The notes: generated by a model from the sequence alone, not told the origin. Numbered from the whole stretch's first letter, positions 39,196 to 53,359 are shown. The stretch: 63,510 bases of DNA, filler included, from Octopus bimaculoides (GCF_001194135.2; 10 parts of 10 records of this genome joined end to end with filler, not necessarily neighbours in it); one strand, 5' to 3'. A program made the numbers and translations.

Positions 39196-41483
39196 ATATA
39201 TTAAAGAACGGTGGATTTCGAATATAGATAATAGCATGTAAAAATTGAGTTGCAAAACTTTTTTGGATAGAAAAAGTCGAAAGTTGCTCGTAGGACCCGA
39301 ACCAGAACTTCTCTGGATTTGTCAACCCAATATGTTGAATGTAGCATGTAAATATCGAACGTGAAATTATTCTTATGAATTCTTATGACGTCAACAACAT
39401 TCAATTCTCGTTGGTAAGGATATTGTATTTCGTTATGAAATCATAATATACTAGTATATTGTGGTTATTAATGTATTAAACGCTTAGTATTAGTATATTT
39501 AACGCTCTATAAGCCAATACTGTGTCCTACCGTGTTAGCAGTGTTGTTAAATCACCTTTTTAAGGTGATCTCTACAGGTTTTTAAAGCGTTTAATATACT
39601 TAGTAGTATATTATGATTGTATAGAGAAATACAGTATCCCTACAAGTAATTAATATGTACGTACCAACTGTCAGGAATTTGTTTCATATGTAAAATTGGT
39701 ATATCCAATAATGTTGCGTCGCTATACTTAATAGCTATTTAAGCAATGAGTTTGTGGGTGGTTAATGGATTGGGTGTGGTGCTGAAGAAGGAACAAGAAC
39801 TCCTGAAATATGTATATATACACATTACTTATTTTTCCATCTGCAATTGCTTTGTTTACACTAGACGTATTCGGATACGAAACGACGTAACAAATTATTG
39901 CTGGCTATAATGTCTATAGAAAATCTGTACAGATAACCTTAAGAAAAAAGTTTAAAATAAAGTTTTTACAATTGATAGAGAAATTCGAAGGTTTGCTTTC
40001 GTCCAGTGGTAGAACATCTGTCATATCAATCCAAGGAGATGTGGGTTTATCTCCCCTTCGCAGCCTCCGACTTTTTTTCTGTCCAAAAGAGGTTTTCGAC
40101 CTAATATTTACATCTTATTATTTATAGCCTTACATGCTTCGAAAAATGAACCACTTCACGTTCTCTCAAAAATTTATAAATTCTCATGACATCAGTGAAT
40201 ATTATGAACGCCAGAAATATTAAAATTTATTTATACAGCTTGATTGCAATCTTACTAAACAGCTACAAAACTTGAATGACAAGAAACATTGTTTTTATTT
40301 TCATTCAGTGGTCATGTTGAAGAAGATATTCGATACTGTGTTGAATATTTCATCTTTGACAAAAGCTGCTGTTAAGCGTGCATGTGTCACCAGTTTTAAA
40401 TAATGAATATTAAAGCACAGACTCTTAAAGAAGTCTTTTTCTTTTCATTTATAGATGATGATAAATGACAACCGAATGCTTAATATGAAGCGAGCTTGTG
40501 CAAAAATACACCACACATTAACAAGAATCAAAATTTAAAGATTATAGGCCATATTCCCTATTTTATGAGAGCTGTTTCGTGCAACTTCATAATATCGTTT
40601 CGTGTAACTTGGAATAGATTCTTTATTCAAAAAAAGAAAGGAAGACAAAGAGAAATAATGTGGAATTGATACGATCAACGAAAAACATTCGCAGTGAAAA
40701 TTTACTTCAACGGAAAATTGAGATCAGTTTGAAGACTCGATTCATTATCAATACAACCCATACTCCGCCTTACTCTACCCAGATATAATATTGAATATTC
40801 TCTGAACAAGACACAATGTCTCACATTCACCTGCACAAGGCTTCTCACTTTTTTCCCTGTTCTCCACAGCATACAAATACGCTCACACACATACACACAT
40901 ACACATGCACAGAGGGAAACACACATGCACACGCATGCACACATATACGCGCACACTCAGAAACACACACACATTTCGTTTTTTTTTTTTTTGCTTATTA
41001 TTTACTTCAAAGAGCACATCTTTCTTAATTCTAAATTCGGCACAACTTCATGCACACTTGTTTCGCCTGTCTTAGTACTTTCTCAAGGTTTCTTGGAAGA
41101 ATTTATTGAGATCCTTTAAAGCCTAAAGCTTACATAATGTTCAAGAAAGTAATAGGCCAAAAACTTTCTGGCTACATGATTTGTCCGTACTATTGCAATT
41201 TTCTGTGTATGTGTGCGCGCGCGTATTTCAATTCGATCTTCCATCGTTCGAAAGAACGATGTCAGTTAATAAAAAAGTTATGCCCAGTTTTGCATTACTT
41301 TCAGTACAAACCTCACTCACGGCAGCTGGAGCAATTACCATCTCGCTCCCATATATACATATTGTGGTTTTAAACACAGTACGAGCATAGGAGATATTAT
41401 CCTGGACGAATATTGCTGTAAATTTTGGCCAATCACATATTTACATTAAGTATGATACATAAATGACTATTTTAGTCCAATAC

Positions 41484-41525
<42 letters not shown>

Positions 41526-42431
41526 NNNNNNNNNNNNNNNNNNNNNNNNNNNNNNNNNNNNNNNNNNNNNNNNNNNNNNNNNNNNNNNNNNNNNNNNNNN
41601 NNNNNNNNNNNNNNNNNNNNNNNNNNNNNNNNNNNNNNNNNNNNNNNNNNNNNNNNNNNNNNNNNNNNNNNNNNNNNNNNNNNNNNNNNNNNNNNNNNNN
41701 NNNNNNNNNNNNNNNNNNNNNNNNNNNNNNNNNNNNNNNNNNNNNNNNNNNNNNNNNNNNNNNNNNNNNNNNNNNNNNNNNNNNNNNNNNNNNNNNNNNN
41801 NNNNNNNNNNNNNNNNNNNNNNNNNNNNNNNNNNNNNNNNNNNNNNNNNNNNNNNNNNNNNNNNNNNNNNNNNNNNNNNNNNNNNNNNNNNNNNNNNNNN
41901 NNNNNNNNNNNNNNNNNNNNNNNNNNNNNNNNNNNNNNNNNNNNNNNNNNNNNNNNNNNNNNNNNNNNNNNNNNNNNNNNNNNNNNNNNNNNNNNNNNNN
42001 NNNNNNNNNNNNNNNNNNNNNNNNNNNNNNNNNNNNNNNNNNNNNNNNNNNNNNNNNNNNNNNNNNNNNNNNNNNNNNNNNNNNNNNNNNNNNNNNNNNN
42101 NNNNNNNNNNNNNNNNNNNNNNNNNNNNNNNNNNNNNNNNNNNNNNNNNNNNNNNNNNNNNNNNNNNNNNNNNNNNNNNNNNNNNNNNNNNNNNNNNNNN
42201 NNNNNNNNNNNNNNNNNNNNNNNNNNNNNNNNNNNNNNNNNNNNNNNNNNNNNNNNNNNNNNNNNNNNNNNNNNNNNNNNNNNNNNNNNNNNNNNNNNNN
42301 NNNNNNNNNNNNNNNNNNNNNNNNNNNNNNNNNNNNNNNNNNNNNNNNNNNNNNNNNNNNNNNNNNNNNNNNNNNNNNNNNNNNNNNNNNNNNNNNNNNN
42401 NNNNNNNNNNNNNNNNNNNNNNNNNNNNNNN

Positions 42432-42464
<33 letters not shown>

Positions 42465-42854
42465 GGAGAAATGGAGCAACATGTAACAGAAGTTGATCAT
42501 TAGAAAATTTCAAATCATTCTGATGATGTTTGTTACATGGAACGATATAAACGAGATAAACGCAAGTTTACCTCAAAAGTAACGGAAACAGGTGTAAATG
42601 TTATCTTAACTATAATTAAACTATGATCATTCAATACTAATGATCAACTTCTAATTGTTACATGTTGCTTCATTTCTTCTATTACTTTATCTGAATATAT
42701 TCAAGCACGGTTTACCCTTAAATTACCAACTTAAATTACCAACTTAAGTTACCAACTACCTTACAGCAAGGCCTATACATAGTTAGGTAATGCACCAGTA
42801 GTGCCTACGGATACATTTATCCCTTAAACAGTTGCATAAACGCTAACTCCAAAT

Positions 42855-42892
<38 letters not shown>

Positions 42893-43009
42893 TCATCTAA
42901 AATGGCCACGAGTACTCACATTCAAAAGTAATTCGCTTGAACAATTGTGGAGATCTCTTCAACATGAAACCATTGGTTACCTTGTTAAACCGCAAATATA
43001 TATATATAA

Positions 43010-43062
<53 letters not shown>

Positions 43063-43320
43063 CATCACACACCCTACACCATATCAATTTCCCCAACATA
43101 TATGCATACATACATACATATACACATATGCGTGTGTGAGTGTATGTGTATATACAGATCACACACGCACACATGCACACATATTTATATGTGTATGTAC
43201 CTATGACACACCCAACACCACATCACATCTACCAATATTTTTACTGTACTCTGTCAACCTTATTGACAATATCACTAAAGCAATCACTGACAACACCCCT
43301 AGTACCACCTCTGCTACATA

Positions 43321-43543
43321 CGAGGGGATGTTGAAAAGTAGCTGGCTTTAAAGGTATCGTGAAAGGCCTGGCTGGAGGCTCAACCTTCCGAGTTCTTTTA
43401 CTGGGCTTAGAAAAACTGAAAGGCCGCTGCAATAAATGAGTGAATCTGCAATAAGTGAGGGAATATGTTGAATAAAATCGTAATTAACTGATCCTCCTGT
43501 ATTTTCTTTCACCCAAAGCCAGGAATGTTTCAGCATCCCCTCG
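43321..43543 (+). mobile_element. mariner-derived MITE (223 bp)
   Basis: TA|CGAGGGGATGTTGAAA ... TTTCAGCATCCCCTCG|TA inverted ends with a TA TSD. The internal relic GLEKLKGRCNK...EYVE* is a mariner C-terminus. Confidence 0.9.
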
Positions 43544-44403
43544 TACTTCCACTAAAAACTTATATGAAACCTTTACAAATCAATTGACTAGATTTGGTAG
43601 ACGCACATATCACTGCTATATTCTTCGATGCGAGCAAATGAGAAACTCTCTACGGAGTCACTCAACCTACAAATAACATCCAGCCTTCAAATTACATACT
43701 GCCGTTTTAAAGAAAAGAAATGACATTATAAAATGCATTCTGAGATACACTAATCTCAGATCACCTTGTTCAGAGCTAGCCAAAGTATAAACAACATCAT
43801 ATTTCTCATTTATCATCTCAATTTTAACTCTGCTATTTATTTTCCACTTTTCACTTCTGTTTTATAGTTATTATAGTAGAAAACATATAAATGATTTATT
43901 ATTTTTATGACTTTCGATTCAAATAAGAATGCTATGATCAATGTTATCCAATATGGAGAGAATTATAAATCAATTTAAATTATTCTGCTGTTTAATTTAC
44001 AGTCTTGACGAACAACTCCTTCAATGTTATTATTAAATAGAAGTTTATTTGAAAACTTGAAAATGTAATTTCGAAAATGTTCTATACTTTGGCATAGCAA
44101 TCCTCGAAGAATTCTCTATTGTCAACTGACATTAATAAATTGCTCACGGTTCAATTTGTCATTCACAGGTGGCTCTTAAATGTCTCAGACCGTTCTTCCA
44201 TAGAGATACGAGCTTTTGCTTTTTAATATTTCAGTGTTTGTATTGTCTAGTGATGCTAACATATAGAAATCTATCTGCTTGTCTTTCATATGAGAGTTGT
44301 TTACATCTCTGTCTACGAAATCAAAGAATTGTGGATGCGAAACATTCGCTGGAAAATCTTTTCAAATATTTTTAGTACGCACGCGCACGCATACGCGCAC
44401 ACA

Positions 44404-44444
<41 letters not shown>

Positions 44445-44451
<7 letters not shown>

Positions 44452-44880
44452 TACAGACCCAGAACATCCCTGTTATTCAATACATACACTATACAAACAT
44501 CAATATAAACAAAAATATTGGTGAAACATTCCTATCAAATCTACGATGTGCAAACATAACGGGTCGGATATCGTTGTCTGGAACAGACACGAAAAAGTAT
44601 GTACCATCATAGAGATCAGCTGCCCTGCTGGTGTGAATGTCTCTTTGAAATCAGAGAGAAAGAGGATAACTACTGCCAACTGCTTCGAAACCTTCAGCTG
44701 TTATGGCCAGATGATAAATTCGCATTTATAGCATTAATAATTTGTGCATTTAGTTTTGTGAGTAAATACCGTAATGAGAAGCTGGGGTTTTCAGAAAAGG
44801 AAAGCAACCACCAAACACGCACATCACAAATACAATCTGTGAGACAGTAAAAATATGCAAGCCCCAAGTTCAAAATGTAA
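44445..44880 (+). mobile_element. RLE-type (R4/Dong/NeSL-like) non-LTR retrotransposon, endonuclease and C-terminal relic
   Basis: KYW*NIPIKSTMCKHNGSDIVVWNRHEKVCTIIEISCPAGVNVS..KEDNYCQLLRNLQLLWPDDKFAFIALII..EKLGFSEKES..QIQSV matches the PD-x-D-x-K restriction-like endonuclease and the C-terminus. Confidence 0.85.
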
Positions 44881-47800
44881 ATTTTCTTTTGGTATCTACA
44901 TTGCATCGATAGAGCTTTGTATCTGTCTTAGAAACCAGTTCCTTCGAATAATTAAAACCAGAAGAGAACACACGTAACAATCTATTATCATTTATAATAA
45001 ATCCTTAAGGTGCTACTTTCCAGAACAGCAAGATGTTTTGATCAGACAATATACAATGCCATTCGTTTGAAAACTGCCCTTGAGTATATACAAAACTACT
45101 TTTGTTCTCGAATACATTCATGCGTTTCAATATAAGAAATATTTGTAGAACATTGTCATCACAACTTCCGGCAAATGCGGACAAAACACTCCTAATATAA
45201 TTGGTTCGGGTGGTAAAGAAAATTTATACCCAGTTATACCTGTGATCTTCAAAAAGGGAGTAAAGAGAGAATATATAGTCGATTATATCGNNNNNNNNNN
45301 NNNNNNNNNNNNNNNNNNNNNNNNNNNNNNNNNNTTAATTAATTAANNNNNNNNNNNNNNNNNNNNNNNNNNNNNNNNNNNNNNNNNNNNATGGTAGGAT
45401 GGTGTCTGTATGTGTGTGCACGTTTGTGTGAGTGTGTATGTGTGTGGTTAATATTTGTTAGGGTGTTGTGTGTGCGTGTGTATGTGTGTTTGCGTGTTTT
45501 TTGTGTCGGTGGGGATGTTAGGTGTGTGTACGTGAGAGTGTGCGTATATCTATTTTTCTGAGTATGTATGTGTTGTTTTAATCGTCCTGGCGGTGTGTGT
45601 GTGTGAGAGAGAGCAACCGTATGTATGTGTGAGGAAGTGTACATATGTGTGTGTATGTATGTGTGCATCTGTGTGTGTGCGTGGGAGTGTTTTGTGTGAG
45701 TGTGGGAGTGTGTGTGTACGTGAGTGTGTGTGTGTCTCTCTGTCTGAGTTAGTGTGCTGTTTTAAATACCCTTGTGGTGTGTGTGTCTGTAAGCANNNNN
45801 NNNNNNNNNNNNNNNNNNNNNNNNNNNNNNNNNNNNNNNNNNNNNNNNNNNNNNNNNNNNNNNNNNNNNNNNNNNNNNNNNNNNNNNNNNNNNNNNNNNN
45901 NNNNNNNNNNNNNNNNNNNNNNNNNNNNNNNNNNNNNNNNNNNNNNNNNNNNNNNNNNNNNNNNNNNNNNNNNNNNNNNNNNNNNNNNNNNNNNNNNNNN
46001 NNNNNNNNNNNNNNNNNNNNNNNNNNNNNNNNNNNNNNNNNNNNNNNNNNNNNNNNNNNNNNNNNNNNNNNNNNNNNNNNNNNNNNNNNNNNNNNNNNNN
46101 NNNNNNNNNNNNNNNNNNNNNNNNNNNNNNNNNNNNNNNNNNNNNNNNNNNNNNNNNNNNNNNNNNNNNNNNNNNNNNNNNNNNNNNNNNNNNNNNNNNN
46201 NNNNNNNNNNNNNNNNNNNNNNNNNNNNNNNNNNNNNNNNNNNNNNNNNNNNNNNNNNNNNNNNNNNNNNNNNNNNNNNNNNNNNNNNNNNNNNNNNNNN
46301 NNNNNNNNNNNNNNNNNNNNNNNNNNNNNNNNNNNNNNNNNNNNNNNNNNNNNNNNNNNNNNNNNNNNNNNNNNNNNNNNNNNNNNNNNNNNNNNNNNNN
46401 NNNNNNNNNNNNNNNNNNNNNNNNNNNNNNNNNNNNNTATATATATACATACATACATATATGCTGGTGAGTGTGTATATATGTGTGAGTATATTCGTGT
46501 CTCTGTTTCAGCTTACATAATGTGAACATTGTTTTAAACTTTTTGCTTGATAACAATGAGTGAAAGCGTGCCTAAGTATTTTTCGTTACGTTTAATAACT
46601 TTCAAATATTGGATTCAACCCTATATTGTTAATTTTTTCTCATATATGAATATGTTTGTGTTAGCGAATTGCGTACCATTGTATATGCATATATGTGCAT
46701 CAATTATTTGTTTCGTTTTCTTTTTCATTTTTACATTTTTCATTTATATATAACTCTTTCTTTCTGTCTCCTCTCTCCACCCTCTATTTCTTCCTTTTTC
46801 TCTATTCTTTCAACTCTTTCTATTCGTTTTTATTCAATCTAATATTTTAAAATTAAATGTCATCACTCGGAAAAAAAAATATGCGAAACATTTCACTGCC
46901 ATATAACTCTAGTCATGCATTTTGTAATATCATTGTATCTTTTAAAATATAGTTTCTTTACGTTTGTCATGAATCTGTAACATGTGACTGCTGCCTTCAT
47001 CATAGTAACAATGATACACTTACGCATAAAATTTGTCGATAAACCGATTTTCAGGATTGTTGTTTTGATAATAGAGCCCTTTTTAACAACCTTATAATAG
47101 AAGTAGCATTAGAGTTGCTACTTCAATAATTATGACATGTTATACCTAATGTTATCAGCATACATTAAATTGTACGCACATATCTGTGGCTTTCATTATC
47201 ACAATGAGAAGTACAATATTTCTTTAGCATTCGGTATTATAACATTTGACAATGTATATCTTGTTTCATTGTTTTCAAGCGATTTTTGGTGAGTCGAAGA
47301 GACAAGTGTTTATTTATTTTCATAAACACACGGCAAAAAGTAATAGAAGCGCTTGGCAAATTTTGTCTCTAATCTAGGATATTCGTGTCGTGTAGTGACA
47401 GAAAACCCTATTCTATAAACAATTTGTTAATGTGTGTCACATGCATACTTAACAGAAAGACCAGTAACTGATCACACTCGAAGTATTCTATAGCTCTGAA
47501 TTGGAATCATAATCTTTTGGGAGCAATTTGTCAATAATATATATGTGAGTTTTGCTATGAGAGACCATAAGGGAATGCAGTACATTTAGTGGTGGGAGGT
47601 AAGTCCCATAACATTACTATTTATTTATCGAACACTATACTCTCGTTCATAATCGCATCAAAATCCACAAAAACTATATCCAATAGCACTTGTCTCAGGA
47701 AATTTATAAGATCATACTTTCAGTTGATTTAGTCGACAGATTACTCTGTCATATATATAATAAGAAAATATTCAACAGCGTTTCAGTGGTAAAACGTAAG

Positions 47801-48931
47801 ATTTCACTGGGCACATTAGTAAAGTACGTTATACAAGGGATCGCTGCAGTTTATAATATAATTTCTCATAGCCTAGTTTCGTTCTCAGCAAAACGGAAAT
47901 CAGTAAAGCCGCTATGTTAACATTAGTTCTATATACCGATAATTATACTGAGCGGTAGTTACTTGAATTACCGATTTCCCTGTATAATAACCATGGTCCT
48001 CCTGCACGTGAGTAGATCATCGCACGAAAATTACCTCGAAAAAATTGGTGACACACTGCAAAATATTTCAGCTTCTTGCGTTCCATATTGTTTTATCAAC
48101 ACGATTTTTCCTGAAGGCATTTTCTTTGAGTTTTGTTTTTCCTTTGCAGTTTTACATTTTTTACAAAGAGTTTTGCATGGATTTGAATAACATTTGTGCA
48201 ATTTCATAGAGAAACCGCGTAAAATTAAGTCTGTATAAAAATGTTTTTTTTTCAGTATTTCATTACGTTAAAATTAGAAAGAATGTGGAAGGTGAATGAA
48301 TTTATTCTTCAACACACGCGTCGCTATTTTAAAGTTTCTTACTGCTACACCACCGTTTCATTTTGTACTTGATCTGCAGCACTATCGTTGAGGCTATTAT
48401 TATATTCTTCCCTCCGGAAAAATACTAATGGCAGCCTACACATGGGTTTCAACGCAGTTGTTAGATATGATAGAAATAGCAATCAAATATCCTTCAAAAC
48501 CACATATTATTGTCCTGGAAACGAGAATACATTGCATACAATACATTTTGGTGCTCTGTAGCAAGAAAAATGGGTTGGCTAAAAATCTCTGGTTATAAGT
48601 ATGTTTAATCAAAGTGATATTGGACAAAACCATTCACCTGGTATTGCCACCCACTCTAGTCACGCTTCCATTTACTATGCCCAAGTCTAAGTTAATGTTT
48701 TCCATGTTGCCATATTAGTTACGTCTGTTACGATTTTAAAGGTTTTAAAGGTTTTACATGTATCTGTTAAACGTTAAATCAAAGTTCATTGGTGACAATC
48801 AAGGGACCCCACAGATCCAGAATTGATCTGACGTCGAAGCGCACATAGCCTTGCCGAACTGTGGTTATTCAATATGCAGGCGCATGCTTAGAGTAGTTTT
48901 GGTTACGACTACCTAACCAGTTTTTCCACAG

Positions 48932-49171
48932 TTACCCGCCTTTGACAAATTTGTTTGTAGAGATCCCTTCCCTTTCTATTCTCACTGTTCGCTTTAAGTG
49001 AAACTTGAAAATTACGGTGAGGGATTGAGCGAAATTGGATTGTCGGTTTTCAATACACGCAGCTTTGTACGCAACACGACTAATTTCATCATAGTTACTA
49101 GATAGAGGAACACTCCTACCTCCCTCGTTATAGGCATATGATGGGCCACCCTTATGATTGACAGAATCATC
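48932..49171 (-). CDS. Orphan candidate exon DDSVNHKGGPSYAYNEGGRSVPLSSNYDEISRVAYKAACIENRQSNFAQSLT...KGG*
   Basis: 79 stop-free codons directly after a pyrimidine-rich acceptor (acttttatctcctgtag|GAT), in unique, relatively CpG-rich sequence. Product not recognised. Confidence 0.25.
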   Translation of the reverse strand, partial: DDSVNHKGGPSYAYNEGGRSVPLSSNYDEISRVAYKAACIENRQSNFAQSLTVIFKFHLKRTVRIEREGISTNKFVKGG

Positions 49172-50334
49172 CTACAGGAGATAAAAGTTGTTGGACATAA
49201 CTCTGCAAGTGAGCAATGTTCAGACAATGCATGAGTGTGCGTAATGCTGTTTCGTCGCTTTTCATGAAACCAGAGCAATCTCACTCAGCAGCATCTCCAT
49301 ATCTGTGCAGTTTATCTGCAACAGATCAAAATTCTCGTTAGTTCTGCCAGGAAGACTTCCGAAACATACAAGCTAGCTCGTCCAGCGTAGTGTCTTCCGA
49401 TAGTCATACGCTAGCAAACTACCACCTGATTTTGAGTTTGTGGAAATGTGAAAGTTGTAGTTTTTTGTTGTTGGGAATGAATACGGAGTTTTGTTTATTT
49501 TGTTGTTATTGTTGTTATTGAAGTTGTTTTAATATTGTTATCGTTGTTATTATTTACGTTTTATGTTTTTGTTAAGAAAGCGGGATTCTTCTTTAGGATT
49601 GATATCTGCGTCAGTCAAGTCACATTCTTTTCTAGCAAGAGTACAGACAATTTGTTGAGCTACATGTTAGTAGGGATCATAATATCCTCTAGACCTATTA
49701 CAGCTTGGTATCAAACTAATTTACTCATGTTGCACAACTAACACCAAATAATGGTTTAAAATTATGGCACAAAGCGAACAATTTCGGAGGAGTAAGTTGC
49801 TTATATCGACCCCAATGCGCAACTGGTACTTATTTTATCGACCTCCGAAAAGGATGGCAGACAAAGACAACCTCGGTGAAATATTAAACAAATTTTGTCC
49901 AGCATGGAATTGATGATTATCCCAACTCACCACCTTAACTAACCCGAAATAATCCTTTCTTCTATAGGCACAAGGCCTGAAATTTGGAGGGAGGAGAAAG
50001 TTGATTACATCGATCTCAGTGCGCAACTGCTACTTACTTCCTCAACCCCGAAAGGATGAAAGGCAATTTTGATCACGGCGGAGTTTGAATTCAGAATGAA
50101 AAGACGGACGAAATGCCGCTAAGCATTTTGCCCAGCTTGGTAACGATTCCGCCAGCTCACCACCTTAAGTAACCCCAAGTAATACGAAGGAGAATATTAT
50201 AAAAAATGTTAACCCATTCTGCATTAAAACACTTGAAGATGTATATTTCAAAAACCAAAAGTAAAGAAAAGAAAATGGCATGTAACAATTCTTGTTGCCT
50301 TCAGCAAAAGAAAAACAAACAAAAAATCTAGGGA

Positions 50335-50565
50335 ATTTTCAGAATCGTCATCGGAGCATTGGGTTCAATAACACCCAATCTGAAAAAAATATCTGAAAAC
50401 CTTAGAAATACCCTAAAATCTAGATTTATTGCAAAAGTTGGCATCACTTGGAATTGCCCGCATGTTGCGTAAAAGACTGTCTGTCTGAGGTCCATGTTGT
50501 GACTTGACAAACAGTACAAACCCCTGGTAGACACAATATCGTCAATCAGCAACCTTATGGTATTG
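50335..50565 (+). mobile_element. R4/Dong-like non-LTR C-terminus plus 3' UTR
   Basis: IVIGALGSITPNLKK...LLQKLASLGIARMLRKRLSV*, followed by a short UTR and (AAT)n. Confidence 0.8.
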
Positions 50566-50634
50566 TATACTGTGCGATATCTACAATAATAATAGTACTA
50601 GTAATAATAATAATAACAATAATAAAAATAATAA

Positions 50635-50967
50635 GTAGAATATAAAACAAGAAATGACAGAGTTGGCCAGTATTTACACTGGACAATATGTCAGCATTAT
50701 AAAATCAAAACCGCTGACAAATGGTATAAACACCATCCTGAAGCTGTGACTGAAGGAGAAAATGTATCGATTCTCTGGGACTTCCCCGTACATACTGACA
50801 AGGCTATAAAAGCTAATAAACCGGATATTATTATAAAAGATCAGACAAAGAAGACGTGTTTATTAATTGACATGAGTATTCCCTCTGATCATAATATAGC
50901 GGCGAAAGAATTTGACAAGATCAGTAAATATAAAGACTTGCTAATAGAAATTGAAAAAATGTGGCAC
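50635..50967 (+). mobile_element. R4/Dong-like RLE endonuclease fragment with an uninterrupted frame up to the N gap
   Basis: 111 stop-free codons: EYKTRNDRVGQYLHWTICQHY...ILWDFPVHTDKAIKANKPDIIIKD..TCLLIDMSIPSDHNIAAKEFDKISKYKDLLIEIEKMWH. Confidence 0.92.
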
Positions 50968-51179
50968 NNNNNNNNNNNNNNNNNNNNNNNNNNNNNNNNN
51001 NNNNNNNNNNNNNNNNNNNNNNNNNNNNNNNNNNNNNNNNNNNNNNNNNNNNNNNNNNNNNNNNNNNNNNNNNNNNNNNNNNNNNNNNNNNNNNNNNNNN
51101 NNNNNNNNNNNNNNNNNNNNNNNAATAATAATAAAAATAATAATAATAATAATAACGATTTCTATTTTTAAATTGAGTA

Positions 51180-51265
<86 letters not shown>

Positions 51266-51374
51266 TTACTTTTCAGAGCGCTCGTTCTTATTTCTGGTTG
51301 ATTCTGTTGTCAGAGGCGTCACAAGGTTTCTTCCTGCACATTTCACGCTTTGTTTCTTCCTGCGTTAATACCTG

Positions 51375-51525
51375 GTTGTTAACTATTGTGTAAGACATTT
51401 AACATCCAAGTACCAATCTCAAAATGCTAGCTGTCCCCAGCAGAGCAGTTTCGGGGGCTTGCTCTCATGTCAATTTCGATTTCTTTGACTTATTTCTCGA
51501 AATTGGTTGTGCTCCGAATGCCCGT
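51375..51525 (-). mobile_element. R4/Dong-like C-terminal fragment in the opposite orientation
   Basis: The minus strand gives GAFGAQP...EQ.(P)KLLCWGQ/TALLGTA-like remnants and begins at the (ATT/GTT)n tract. Confidence 0.6.
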
Positions 51526-52287
51526 TATTATTATTATTGTTGTTGTTGTTTTTTTGTTGTTTTTTGTTGTTGTTGTTGTTGCTGTAGCTGTGGTTGTTGT
51601 TGTTGTTGTTACATAAAATTCTAAATGTTAAGAAAAGGTGTTTTGGACGGTGTTTATTAGCATGGAGTCTTTATTCGTTTTAGACAAAATATATCGTGAC
51701 TAAATCATATGGATAGAAATTAAATAGTTTAGAAGGTGGCATGTTTTAACATGACTATTCTTTAGCTTTAGGATTGTGTGAAAAGATACTGGGTTAAACA
51801 CATCGCCGCCTCCATTACTTTCAGATACACTGCTATCTTGAATGACAAAAGCTACCAATATCCTCGTATTCACTATGATCATAATGATCTTCCTCGTCGC
51901 CATTACCATCATCGTCGACGTTGTAAGCATCACCACCACCACCACCACCACTACCACCATCATCATCATCATCTTTTTCTCCTTCCTTTCCATTTTCTAT
52001 TTTCTTTCTCACTATGCTACCACCACGCATTACAATATCTTTCGAGCTTTCGAGGCTGTTGAAAAAAAATACATACTTGACATTGTGGAAATGTGTGTGC
52101 AAGTAGGTATATATATATATATATATATACACGCATCGAACGCAGGCAACGCACAGGCACATACACGCGCATATATATATATATATANNNNNNNNNNNNN
52201 NNNNNNNNNNNNNNNNNNNNNNNNNNNNNNNTTAATTAATTAANNNNNNNNNNNNNNNNNNNNNNNNNNNNNNNNNNNNNNNNNNNN

Positions 52288-52680
52288 AGCATCTCAACAA
52301 TTTCACCAGTTCTACCTTTCAGCGTGCCGACGTTGAGAGTGCCAATCCTAACAGTATGGGTGTTGGGGGTGTGGGCCTGTAGCCTGGGAAGGGGAAAAGC
52401 AGTGTCGTGTACCTGAAAAGAAAACTTGCAATTGGAAGAATTCATAAGCAAAACAGTACCTACAACCTGCAAACATTACTCAAACTTAATGCGCTACCCA
52501 AAGGTAGGGGAGAGGATGGCCAAGGCCACTAGATGGGTTCCGGGAGACAGCCGAGGATGACAGGATGACAGAGGAATGCACTTCCGGTGGAGGGGGTGGG
52601 AGAGCGGGTGTACCATCAGCGAGGAGATAGGGCTCTTAATCGTAGACGATGGACTCTCCCATCAAAGATGATGCATGAGT
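52288..52680 (-). mobile_element. RTE-clade LINE 5' end and start of the endonuclease ORF
   Basis: HTPNTHTVRIGTLNVGTLKGRTGEIVEM matches the RTE APE motif (L/V)R(V/I)GT(L/W)NVGT. Confidence 0.85.
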
Positions 52681-52984
52681 GTTCAGTTTTTCTTTGCTGA
52701 TTGACCTGCACAAATGATTTGTTTATAAGTGATCAAATGTATGTGTTGTGCATTAGCTCACTCTTTCCATCAAATCGACATTACCAGAACAGGTGCATGG
52801 TGTGCCATGCATCAGGTGTCAAAGTGATCACAGAGCAATGTGAGATGAAGTGTTTTGCTCAAGAACACAACACATCACCTGGTCTAGGAGCTGAAACCAC
52901 GATCTCACAATCATGAATGCAGCACCCTAACCACTAGGCTATGCATCCTCATGTGTATGTGTGTGTGTGTGTGTGTGTGTGAAG

Positions 52985-53325
52985 TTACATGGTTCAGTGG
53001 TTAGAGCGTTGAGCTCACAATCATGAGGTACTGAGTTCAAACCCAGACCGGGCTGTGTTGTGTTCTTGAGCAGCACAGCGTTGCTCCCATTCTCTCAGTT
53101 GTAGAAATGAACTGTGATGTCACTAATGCCAAACTGTATCAGCCTTTGCCTTTCCCTTGGAATAACATTGGTGGCATGGAGAGGGGAGGCTGATATGCAT
53201 GGATGACTGCTGGTCTTACATAAAACAACCTTGCCCGGACATGCGTCTCAGTGGGGGGAACTTTCTAGGTGTAAGCCCATGGTCATTCACGACTGAAGTG
53301 GGGTCCTTACCCTTTTTATCCTTTA
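52985..53325 (+). mobile_element. tRNA-derived SINE family D (tail copy at about 8220-8380)
   Basis: Head tggttcagtggttagagcg...gagttcaaaccc. The tail ggagaggggaggctg.tatgcatgg..gactgctggtctt.cataaaacaaccttgcccgg is shared with 8240-8310. Confidence 0.75.
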
Positions 53326-53359
53326 TTAATGTGTGTGTGTGTGTGTGTATGTGTGTGTG

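Noticed and set aside
42460-42495. Plus-strand KWRNGATCNRS resembling an EGF motif
   Set aside because: It is on the wrong strand, has an immediate stop, no splice sites and no further Cys pattern.
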